Sequence record: OV032902.1
Length of the DNA: 64,000 bases
Direction: 5' to 3' (one strand)
Made by a program: the position numbers and the translations under genes. The notes below the pieces were generated by a model. It searched no databases. It was given only the letters and a program-made list of their open reading frames with translations, and was not told where the DNA came from. Shown here in pieces: positions 17,705 through 25,629 of this stretch. The number at the start of each line of letters is the position of its first letter. Within the stretch, counting starts at the first letter, position 1.

Positions 17705-18396
17705 TGTTAGTAAAACACGTTGAAGTAAATCCAACGCAACTGAAGACGATCGACTGTATCTATGACGGTCGTTTTCAAATCTCTGAAGAAGCATTTTACG
17801 ATAGTCAAGAAGATATCGTATATGCGTTTCCTGCTGATCAGACCCTCGACAATATCTTCTTAGAAGACATCGAAGGTTTACCAGCGGGACGCATTAGTGC
17901 TCTTCTACTATACGCTCTAGCTTGGCGTCCTATCCCGTACATTAAAGACGAAGACTTACTAGACCACACCAAAGGTTTACGTATTGTTGCTTCGTCTGCG
18001 GGCGCAGTCCGAGTTGGACGTTTTGTATGGAAGTTCGAAACTCCTATCCCACATGCTTTTCATTCTACGTTTTATCACGTACCTGGTATTTCTAATATCT
18101 TGGTGAATGAAGCAGGCGGTATGAAAACCACTTCCAATGTCGACATCACGTTGTCTGCTAACCATGGTTACAACGTTATGGTTTCTGATGATCTCGACAA
18201 TTTGTTTGAGGTACATGCAAGCGTTCTAGTCGCTAGTGCATTCAATGGTATTTATATGCCGGATGCAGAATTGATTCGATACATCGATGGCGATGAAACA
18301 AACTTTGCACGCTCTAATGTAGCTTACGGTACAGCTTATCTTCCTGAGAAGGTTGATGCGCGAAACGATACCGACCCAATCTATCTAGTACAATAA
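17704..18396 (+). CDS. Degenerate NUMOD4/HNH-like protein, probably nuclease-dead
   Basis: HVPGISNILVNEAG..GY..VHASVLVASAF..IRYIDGDETN..SNVAY follows the NUMOD4-HNH layout but has RY in place of the usual NH. Confidence 0.55.
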   Translation: MLVKHVEVNPTQLKTIDCIYDGRFQISEEAFYDSQEDIVYAFPADQTLDNIFLEDIEGLPAGRISALLLYALAWRPIPYIKDEDLLDHTKGLRIVASSAGAVRVGRFVWKFETPIPHAFHSTFYHVPGISNILVNEAGGMKTTSNVDITLSANHGYNVMVSDDLDNLFEVHASVLVASAFNGIYMPDAELIRYIDGDETNFARSNVAYGTAYLPEKVDARNDTDPIYLVQ

Positions 18397-18406
18397 GGAG
18401 TCTGTC

Positions 18407-18772
18407 ATGACTACTAGCGAATTCACTACTCTTTCTGATCAAGCTACTCTAATCGCAAACTCTGCCGATATGAGTAAACCAGTTCTTCCTATCACTACTG
18501 GTAACGCTCGCATCATTCAAGAGTTCCTTGTTCAAGAACCTAAGTCTGATGTTCGTGTCGAGTTTCGCGGTGGCGTATACGCCGTCAAACGAATCTTCGA
18601 TGAAGGCATTGGCCTCATGTTCGAACTACAGGAAATGTGTCAAGCCCCGCAAGCTCAAACACAGAACTGTTCAATGACAATTCTGATGCAAGAAGATTGC
18701 GAGTTTGATGTTCGTACAGTCAATGGCTTTCGACTATTCATCGAACAGATGGGTGGCGAAGTAATCTCTTAA
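18407..18772 (+). CDS. Hypothetical protein (121 aa)
   Basis: AAGGAG RBS. Confidence 0.8.
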   Translation: MTTSEFTTLSDQATLIANSADMSKPVLPITTGNARIIQEFLVQEPKSDVRVEFRGGVYAVKRIFDEGIGLMFELQEMCQAPQAQTQNCSMTILMQEDCEFDVRTVNGFRLFIEQMGGEVIS

Positions 18773-18777
18773 CTCTT

Positions 18778-18806
18778 ACCCGCCTCCTTCGGGAGTGCGG
18801 GTTTTT
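18778..18806 (+). terminator. UUCG-loop terminator
   Basis: ACCCGCCTCC-TTCG-GGAGTGCGGGT followed by TTTT. Confidence 0.75.
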
Positions 18807-18834
18807 CTTATTCTCTTTATAAAAGGATATCATT

Positions 18835-18975
18835 ATGCCTACAGTTCCAGGTACTCAAACTCCACGACGTCCTATGGTGGCACCGCGTTTTCAAATGCCT
18901 ATCTCTAGTCACCGTCTTTTATTACTGCAATCACAAAGCCAGTGGTACATGAAGAACAAACCAACTAGTAAGTAA
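18835..18975 (+). CDS. 46-aa basic Pro-rich peptide (absent from the ORF track)
   Basis: AAAGGA RBS; MPTVPGTQTPRRPMVAPRFQMPISSHRLLLLQSQSQWYMKNKPTSK; flanked by hairpins. Confidence 0.5.
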   Translation: MPTVPGTQTPRRPMVAPRFQMPISSHRLLLLQSQSQWYMKNKPTSK

Positions 18976-18982
18976 TATCATC

Positions 18983-19006
18983 GCAGTCGCTCTATGGAGC
19001 GGCTGC
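18983..19006 (+). terminator. Hairpin sharing its outer stem with 11479..11500
   Basis: GCAGTCGCTC-TATG-GAGCGGCTGC. Confidence 0.55.
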
Positions 19007-19021
19007 TATTGGTAGTATTTA

Positions 19022-19060
19022 TGAATCTGAAAAGATATTCATCTCTATATTACCTATATG
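19022..19060 (+). promoter_or_regulatory. Early-type phage promoter, copy 4
   Basis: TGAATCTGAAAAGATATTCATCTCTATATTACCTATATG; TATATTAC at 19046-19053. Confidence 0.75.
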
Positions 19061-19126
19061 AGATTGCACACGTAATCTTATAAACCACATCTAATCTTAT
19101 TTAAATAACTTCAAAGGAAGACTATT

Positions 19127-21157
19127 ATGAACACTCGTAAAACTGTAATCGCAACTCTTATCGCTCTAGCAACTACTCCAGCTCTAGCAGCAGGCCACAT
19201 CGGTAACCAGTCTGGTAACGACAATGACGTTGATATTGTTGTAGGTGACATTGAAACAGTAATGGGTAACATCTGTAACCAATCTGGTTCTAACAACGAT
19301 TGTGATGTTGACATCGAAAACGTAAACGGTGATCTAGTGATCGCTGATGGCGCTAACGTAACTATCAATCAATCTGGCGGTGGTGCTGATAACCGTACCG
19401 GTGTACTTCAAACTAAGTACGACTGGGGTACTCGCGTTTCAACTGTAGATCACCGTGAAGACGGCACCAAAGCAGTTGAGTCAGTTAACTACTACAAAGA
19501 CGGTAAGGTTGTTGTTGCTACATGGTATGAAACCGCAGATGGTGAGCGCACTAACTACGAGCAAAACCTAGTTGCAAGCAATGCTACAAGTCTTGACCAT
19601 GCTCTACTTAAAGGTAAGGTTGATTCTAACAAAGCTGCGTCTGAGCGCGGCGATGCTGCACTGCAAGCACAGATTGATGCATGGGTTGATACTGATACAG
19701 TTCGCTCTGATGCAGAAATCAAAGCTGTTGCTGATGTAGGTGACAAAATCCTAGCTAATGAAATCGACGCACTACGTGACGAGCAAGTAGCTAAGAACAA
19801 TGCGCAAGACACAGCAATCAAAACTCAGTGGGATCTGATCCAAGATGTTGAAGCTAAGAACGAAGAGCAAGACGTTGCCCTAGCAGGTAAAGTTGACCGT
19901 GAAGAGTTCGAAGCATCTCAGGCAGCACAAGACGCTGAACTAGATCGTCTAACTAACGATGTAGATGCAGCACAGTCTACAGCTGACCAAGCATTCGCTG
20001 ACGCACAACTAGCTAACCAAAAAGCTGACGCTAACACTACAGCAATCGCAGATCAACAAGAGCAGCTAAACCAAACAGCTGATCGTGTTACTTCAGTAGA
20101 AAACAATGTTGCAGATCTAGACAATCGTGTAACAGGCGTTGAAGCTGAACTAGGTAACAAAGTTAACTACGATGAGTTCCTAGCTGACCAGCAACGTCAA
20201 GACCAAGCTATCGCTGATGTTAATAACAAAGTAGATGGCGTGCAAGATCAAGTAAACAACCTAGACGGTCGTGTAAACGATGTTGAGCAAACTGCAAACG
20301 CAGCTATGGATCAAGCAATCTCTGCACAGCTAACTGGTGAGTACGCACAAGAACTTGCATACGGTGCACTAGAAGGTGTTCAACAAAATGCTGAGACAAT
20401 CAACCAAGTAGCGGCTGATTCTCTAGAGCGTGACAACAACCTACTAGAAGCAATCGACGAAACTCACGAGCAGTCTCTAGAGCGTGACAACATGATCGTC
20501 GAGTACGTTGTTGCTGATCAAGAGCGTCAAGATGCAGTTATCGCAGAAAACGATAAAGCATCTAAAGAGCGTGATGCTGAACTAGCTAAAGCAGTAACTA
20601 CTGTAGATGCTAAAGCTGAAGCTAACAAAGCGGAAATCGCTAAAGTTGAAACTGAGTCTAAAGACCGCGATGCAGCTATCGTAGCTAACCAAGCTAAAGT
20701 AGATGCTAAGCAAGACAAAGTGTTCAACGATTACCGTGTAGTTCAAGAGCAAGTAGATGCGGGTCAATTCGCAGCTATCGATTCTCTAGAAGCTGAGCTA
20801 TATGCACAAGCTGGTGTTAACGCACGTCAAGACAAGTCTATCGCTGCACTAAGCAACCGTATGGGCAAAGTTGAAAAGCGTGTATCTGCACTAGAAGGTC
20901 GTATGGACAAAGCTGAAGCTGGTATCGCAAACGCTATCGCTATGCAAGGTCTAACTGACAACATGCTATCTGTAGCAGTTGGTGGTTACGAAGGTGCATC
21001 TGCAATCGCGTTCGGTTCTGTAATCCCTGTTGGTCAAATCATGGCTGAGAAAGGTTACGCTACATTACCTGGTCTTAAAATTAAGACATCAGGCTCTGTA
21101 TCGATTCAGACAGGCGATACAGCAGCATCTATTGGTGTAGGTTTCGATTTTAAATAA
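19127..21157 (+). CDS. YadA-like trimeric autotransporter adhesin
   Basis: Signal peptide MNTRKTVIATLIALATTPALA; long coiled-coil stalk with polar core motifs (RQD, ERD); C-terminal anchor GIANAIAM..SVAVGGYEGASAIAFG..SIGVGFDFK. Confidence 0.85.
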   Translation: MNTRKTVIATLIALATTPALAAGHIGNQSGNDNDVDIVVGDIETVMGNICNQSGSNNDCDVDIENVNGDLVIADGANVTINQSGGGADNRTGVLQTKYDWGTRVSTVDHREDGTKAVESVNYYKDGKVVVATWYETADGERTNYEQNLVASNATSLDHALLKGKVDSNKAASERGDAALQAQIDAWVDTDTVRSDAEIKAVADVGDKILANEIDALRDEQVAKNNAQDTAIKTQWDLIQDVEAKNEEQDVALAGKVDREEFEASQAAQDAELDRLTNDVDAAQSTADQAFADAQLANQKADANTTAIADQQEQLNQTADRVTSVENNVADLDNRVTGVEAELGNKVNYDEFLADQQRQDQAIADVNNKVDGVQDQVNNLDGRVNDVEQTANAAMDQAISAQLTGEYAQELAYGALEGVQQNAETINQVAADSLERDNNLLEAIDETHEQSLERDNMIVEYVVADQERQDAVIAENDKASKERDAELAKAVTTVDAKAEANKAEIAKVETESKDRDAAIVANQAKVDAKQDKVFNDYRVVQEQVDAGQFAAIDSLEAELYAQAGVNARQDKSIAALSNRMGKVEKRVSALEGRMDKAEAGIANAIAMQGLTDNMLSVAVGGYEGASAIAFGSVIPVGQIMAEKGYATLPGLKIKTSGSVSIQTGDTAASIGVGFDFK

Positions 21158-21166
21158 TCTATTACA

Positions 21167-21190
21167 AAGGGCCCTTAATGAAGGGCCCTT
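21167..21190 (+). terminator. Hairpin made of two palindromic 10-mers
   Basis: AAGGGCCCTT-AATG-AAGGGCCCTT. Confidence 0.55.
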
Positions 21191-21210
21191 GATAATAGAG
21201 GAGTAAAGAA

Positions 21211-21879
21211 ATGAAAAAAGGAGAAATTTTTAAATCTTTGTCCTATGGTGATTTTATCATTATTGATGCAAAAGATTGCATGAAAGTAAAAATACGTTTT
21301 GTCGATACTGGAACATATAGAATCGTCCAAGCAGGAGCAATCAGAAATGGACGAGTCAGGGACCCATATCGTCCGATTTACCATAATCGTGGTTTCTTGG
21401 GAGATGGTCATTACAACAGTCATGTACATAAAGAACTTTTTAGACGATGGGTGAAAATGATCTCCAGGTGCTACGATAGCAAGGACAAAGACTTTCCGCG
21501 ATATGGACTAAAAGGCATAGTTGTTGCCTCGACATGGTTTAACTTCCAAAATTATGCCAGCTGGGTTCATAGTAACTTACTTGACATTGGAAAAGACTTA
21601 GATGACCTAAAGCTATTTCATATCGACAAAGACTTAAAGTCCGGACCAATAAAGACATATGGCCCTGACACATGTACACTGTTAACAATTAAAGAAAATT
21701 CGTCAATGACAACCCCTAGAAAGTCTAGGAAGATAACACTTGTTTCTCCGGAAGGAAAGTTAGTCTGTGACGAGATTAGTAATTTGTGCCGCGATTTTAA
21801 ACTGACTAGATCCAAAGTCTATAAACTCATAAACAAAACCGCCAGTCATCACAAAGGCTGGAAACTACACGGCGCCTAA
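21211..21879 (+). mobile_element. Free-standing HNH-type homing endonuclease
   Basis: WVKMISRCY..Y..V..W..FQNYASW..IDKDL..YGPDTC..EN is the common phage HNH-like family, with a basic C-terminal DNA-binding domain; AGA/ATA-rich codons unlike its neighbours. Confidence 0.78.
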
Positions 21880-21889
21880 GGAGGCAACT

Positions 21890-22279
21890 ATGAATAACTT
21901 CACTCATAAGTCAAAAGTACTGAACACAACAACTTCACTAAAAGCAATCATCGCGCACATCTGTGCAACTAGCATCTCCGAAGCTAAACTGTCTAAAGCC
22001 CTGCGTATCCTTACTCGTCTTTACGAAGCACGTCAGAACGGTAACTTCCTAAAAGAAGGTGTTCACAGCACGCGCTTTGTTTTGCGTAACGGCGCAGTAG
22101 CTCTAGCGGCATTCGATGACAAAGGTGAGCGTATCTCTAACATCGTAACTGTATGTGAATCATCGTTCCATCACTACGATGGTGCACGCGGTTCATCTCG
22201 CTCAGTAGATTCTCTACTAGCAACAGATACTGATAAGGTAGTCGATATGGCTATCCGTTCACTTAACATGCGCTGCTAA
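21890..22279 (+). CDS. Hypothetical protein (129 aa)
   Basis: AAGGAGG RBS; host-like codons. Confidence 0.8.
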   Translation: MNNFTHKSKVLNTTTSLKAIIAHICATSISEAKLSKALRILTRLYEARQNGNFLKEGVHSTRFVLRNGAVALAAFDDKGERISNIVTVCESSFHHYDGARGSSRSVDSLLATDTDKVVDMAIRSLNMRC

Positions 22280-22285
22280 TAGTGA

Positions 22286-22309
22286 CCCTCTCACCTTCGG
22301 GTGAGAGGG
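22286..22309 (+). terminator. UUCG-loop terminator
   Basis: CCCTCTCACC-TTCG-GGTGAGAGGG followed by a T-rich run. Confidence 0.8.
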
Positions 22310-22429
22310 ATTAACTTTTCTTTTTCTTTTTTGACGGACCGGTTGCATTAAATGAAACTGCAACGGGACCTAAACCTTGGCAGGAGACTACGGAGTCTTA
22401 TATGTCAAACCGATAACCGAGGAACAACT

Positions 22430-23149
22430 ATGGAATACCGTGATAAACCAAACCTGGTAGAAGCTAAGCTTATTGAGACTCGCATTCAATACGCATACAT
22501 CCCAAACTGGGTACTTGGACTTACCTTTATCAACGACCCTGCCGGGGCAGCTCTGGCTTACGAATTATGGTCCGGTCCTAAGTGGGCTAATGTTGACCAG
22601 ATTCTAAAAGCTCAGATCTGTAAACAGGAAGACATCAGTCCTGCCGAAATCACAGTACAGGTTCAACAACACGAAGAAGACATCCGTGTTTCTTACTACG
22701 TAGGTAATCCAGAGCATAGCGTTCCTACAATAGAACTTCGTGCGGGCCGCAAGAAAAACTACTTTTCTCTCAAACGAAGCACCGGACTATTTTCTGGATT
22801 CCGCTTCATGGGTGGTGACCTGACTTATCTTAACCTCAATGGTCAGAGTCGCATGAACGATGTTTCGAATGAAGCCACAGGTTTCGGTTGTGAAGAGTAC
22901 AGTATCTTAACTAATGGTACTAACTACGCTATCGTTACTAGTGACGATGGTCGTATTCAGTTAATGATTGATACGGAAACTCGCTCAGATGGTGCAGGTA
23001 CATTCGTAAGAATTATAACCACCGACAAAGACAAGTCCAATTACTGGCGTGCCGAATCATCGCCTGATGGCTTGCGTGTAGAAAACGTTGCCGACGAAGA
23101 AAATACACTCTTCTATTTACAAGCCGCTAAATTTAACGAAGTGGCATAA
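22430..23149 (+). CDS. Hypothetical protein (239 aa)
   Basis: ATG at 22430 after GAGGAA; preferred over 22352. Confidence 0.78.
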   Translation: MEYRDKPNLVEAKLIETRIQYAYIPNWVLGLTFINDPAGAALAYELWSGPKWANVDQILKAQICKQEDISPAEITVQVQQHEEDIRVSYYVGNPEHSVPTIELRAGRKKNYFSLKRSTGLFSGFRFMGGDLTYLNLNGQSRMNDVSNEATGFGCEEYSILTNGTNYAIVTSDDGRIQLMIDTETRSDGAGTFVRIITTDKDKSNYWRAESSPDGLRVENVADEENTLFYLQAAKFNEVA

Positions 23150-23181
23150 CTAACCCCCATCCTCAAAGTCAGGAGCATATT

Positions 23182-24003
23182 ATGAACAACTCAGCAGTTA
23201 AACTTATTGAAGAAGTACAGAACGGTTACTTTGATTCAATCGATCGTTTATTTAACCGTGAATTCATGTACGACTTTCCGGAGACTATTTCGGACTGGCC
23301 TAAGAACCCATTAAAGGTTCGTAAAACAGAACGCAAAATTGAAGTAGTTTGCCTAGCGCGCAATAGCTTCTGGTATTTCTTAACTGAGATTTACCGCGTT
23401 AACTGTAAGCAAGACCCTAAGTACATGTATGTCAATAAGGACATCCTCCGTGCAGCATGGTGCATGCAATACAACATCAGCTTTGCTACGGATAGAATCC
23501 CTGATCATACAGCTGTGTTGTTACGTAATGCTTATGCAGTATGGCTTTCTTATCAACAGCATGCAACTATTGCTACAGCAACAGTGAATAAGACCATCGC
23601 TGACTTAGTTGGCAGTGCACAACGTCGTACAACCGAGATGCGTCCTAAGTGGCTAGATGGTGTCTACATCATCAAGGATGCCGTGGCCAATATGGACCAA
23701 GACAGAGCCATCGTGAATAACATCTTCAAAGGCCATTCGATCAACGTCATGTTCTATATCGGCGAAGCAATTGCCAACCAGCATATTGTGTTTTATGGTC
23801 ACAGAGCATCACGTTGTGCTGTGCGTCAACATGCTGTTGAAAACGATAACCGTTACTTCACTGCACTGATGGGCAAAAAGCAAAAAGAGTTTGCTCATGA
23901 CCACTTCCCTGCCGTAGTTGAATTTAGCGATGACTGGCTAAGAACTAGTCCGTCTATGGTTGAAGTCTTCGAAAAGAATGACGTGTTATGCGTAACATGG
24001 TGA
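23182..24003 (+). CDS. Probable inactive paralog of the phiKZ-type terminase large-subunit ATPase domain
   Basis: KIEVVCLARNSFWYFLTEIYRV..VNKDILRAAWCMQYNI resembles the terminase N-terminal I..EC..NPWYF.REV.R..NR.N.A.W segment. The Walker A position reads IPDHTAV and the Walker B position YIGE. No nuclease domain. Confidence 0.5.
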   Translation: MNNSAVKLIEEVQNGYFDSIDRLFNREFMYDFPETISDWPKNPLKVRKTERKIEVVCLARNSFWYFLTEIYRVNCKQDPKYMYVNKDILRAAWCMQYNISFATDRIPDHTAVLLRNAYAVWLSYQQHATIATATVNKTIADLVGSAQRRTTEMRPKWLDGVYIIKDAVANMDQDRAIVNNIFKGHSINVMFYIGEAIANQHIVFYGHRASRCAVRQHAVENDNRYFTALMGKKQKEFAHDHFPAVVEFSDDWLRTSPSMVEVFEKNDVLCVTW

Positions 24004-24098
24004 TCTAATACTGTGGACCAATCCGAATTAAATAATTAAAGACAAGTTAGAAGTCTCGTGAAAATGTTGAAGTGCGTCAACAACACGAGGAAAAGACG

Positions 24099-24497
24099 AT
24101 GTCTGAAATTACGCAATTCAACGGTATGGTATTAGAAACAATCACTAAGATTGTAGGTTTAGAAAAAGAGTCTGATTGTGTAGAGATTCACACTGCCTCT
24201 GGCGATGTGCATGTATTCTATCACGAACAAGACTGTTGTGAGTATGTAAGATTAAATGATTTCGAAGGAGATGCAGAAGACTTTGTCGGAGCATTGATAA
24301 CGGATGCATTTGAGATTACTGATTACAATGATACTTGTGATGAGGAAGGCAGTGACGAAAGTTACACCTGGACCTTTTACAAGATTCAGACCAACAAGGG
24401 TGAATTGTGGATGCGATGGCTAGGCGAGTCTAATGGGTACTACTCAGAAGAAGTAACTTACAATCATCGCAAAGCAAAACACCGCAAGCTTAATTAA
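24099..24497 (+). CDS. Phage hypothetical protein (HxQDCCE / WLGESNGYYSE type)
   Basis: Motifs HEQDCCEYV, SYTWTFYKIQTNKG and WLGESNGYYSE, recalled as common among phage ORFs; ATG at 24099 after GAGG. Confidence 0.8.
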   Translation: MSEITQFNGMVLETITKIVGLEKESDCVEIHTASGDVHVFYHEQDCCEYVRLNDFEGDAEDFVGALITDAFEITDYNDTCDEEGSDESYTWTFYKIQTNKGELWMRWLGESNGYYSEEVTYNHRKAKHRKLN

Positions 24498-24503
24498 GAG
24501 ATG

Positions 24504-24527
24504 CTCTCCTACCTTCGGGTAGGAGAG
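24504..24527 (+). terminator. UUCG-loop terminator
   Basis: CTCTCCTACC-TTCG-GGTAGGAGAG followed by a T-rich run. Confidence 0.8.
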
Positions 24528-24560
24528 TAATCTTATTTATCCTTTCTTTTTTCTTTTGTC

Positions 24561-24571
24561 AAATTAGGTAG
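24561..24571 (+). promoter_or_regulatory. Candidate late-promoter motif AAAT-N3-RTAG
   Basis: AAATTAGGTAG between a terminator and a structural operon; the same motif occurs at 32745, 40794 and 47483. Confidence 0.4.
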
Positions 24572-24670
24572 AGTAGTTCCGTGATCACGAAATGAAAATT
24601 TCCCATTTGAACATGCTCATATTCCGGTAACGATCGACCGGACATCTAATTTCTATTAGAGGAAAAACTA

Positions 24671-25618
24671 ATGACTGATAACTATATCCGTCCGTTTTCG
24701 GTAGCATGGTATGCGAACATGCATAAGCAAGGGCAGAACATCTCAGAAGATAGTTTAACGGGTTTCCCAGAACTCGTAGCCACTGCTGGTCTAGAAGACC
24801 ATGATGAAACCAAAGCCTACCCTCGCAACTCGCTTGCATACAAGTCTGGCGCGCTGTTTCGTTCAAATAGTAACATTCCTGCAAACACTCCGTTTGTTGA
24901 AGGTCACGATGACCTAGAATGGACTAACGTTTCAGAAGCTAAGACACTTATTCCAAACCATAATACCTCGGCTACATATCAAAAAGATATGCCGGTGTAT
25001 TACAACGGTATGATCTATCGTGCGAAATCAGATAACCTAACAGGTGTCTTTGCTCGCGCGCAATGGGAGCGTATCTCTCAGCCACCTATGCGTCAATTCC
25101 TTGGTGCTGGTGATGCGGATACAATCCTGACTCAGGCTTATGCCTTACAAGAAATTATCTTTGCAGAAGACCGTACGATTAACGGCATCAAGTTCTTTAA
25201 TGGTGACCGCGTTCTAATTAAGAATGACCTAAACGGTTCCTTTGCAACTTCTGATTTCTATTACTTTCCATTTGATGTTGCTGAGCAACCTCAGACACCA
25301 CAAGATAGTACGGATAGTGTTCTTACTGGTACAATTGGCCAAGACGTTGACTTCTTCTTCGTTATCGCTAATGGCGAAGAAATTACTCTTAATACCAACG
25401 TAACAGATAAGATCGCATGGGCCACAACTGGCGCTGCTTACACAGGCAGTGGCTCTATTACTAAGATTGTTTACAATAACGATCTTATGGGCTCTAGCCA
25501 AGTTCTTGAGAAAGACACTGATTACACAATCAAGTCAGGTACTAACAATGTGATCGTTCTGACTGACATTGGTCTAGAACCAGATGACACACTTGTTGTG
25601 ACCTTTAATAACTCATAA
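24671..25618 (+). CDS. Virion fibre-associated protein with two CBM5/12-like repeats
   Basis: YPRNSLAYKSGALFRS..EWT and YQKDMPVYYNGMIYRAK..QWERI. Confidence 0.72.
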   Translation: MTDNYIRPFSVAWYANMHKQGQNISEDSLTGFPELVATAGLEDHDETKAYPRNSLAYKSGALFRSNSNIPANTPFVEGHDDLEWTNVSEAKTLIPNHNTSATYQKDMPVYYNGMIYRAKSDNLTGVFARAQWERISQPPMRQFLGAGDADTILTQAYALQEIIFAEDRTINGIKFFNGDRVLIKNDLNGSFATSDFYYFPFDVAEQPQTPQDSTDSVLTGTIGQDVDFFFVIANGEEITLNTNVTDKIAWATTGAAYTGSGSITKIVYNNDLMGSSQVLEKDTDYTIKSGTNNVIVLTDIGLEPDDTLVVTFNNS

Positions 25619-25629
25619 GGATTTCAAAA

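Noticed and set aside
22402-22416. Four-codon uORF (MSNR) with GGAG upstream of the 22430 gene
   Set aside because: Too short to distinguish from chance.
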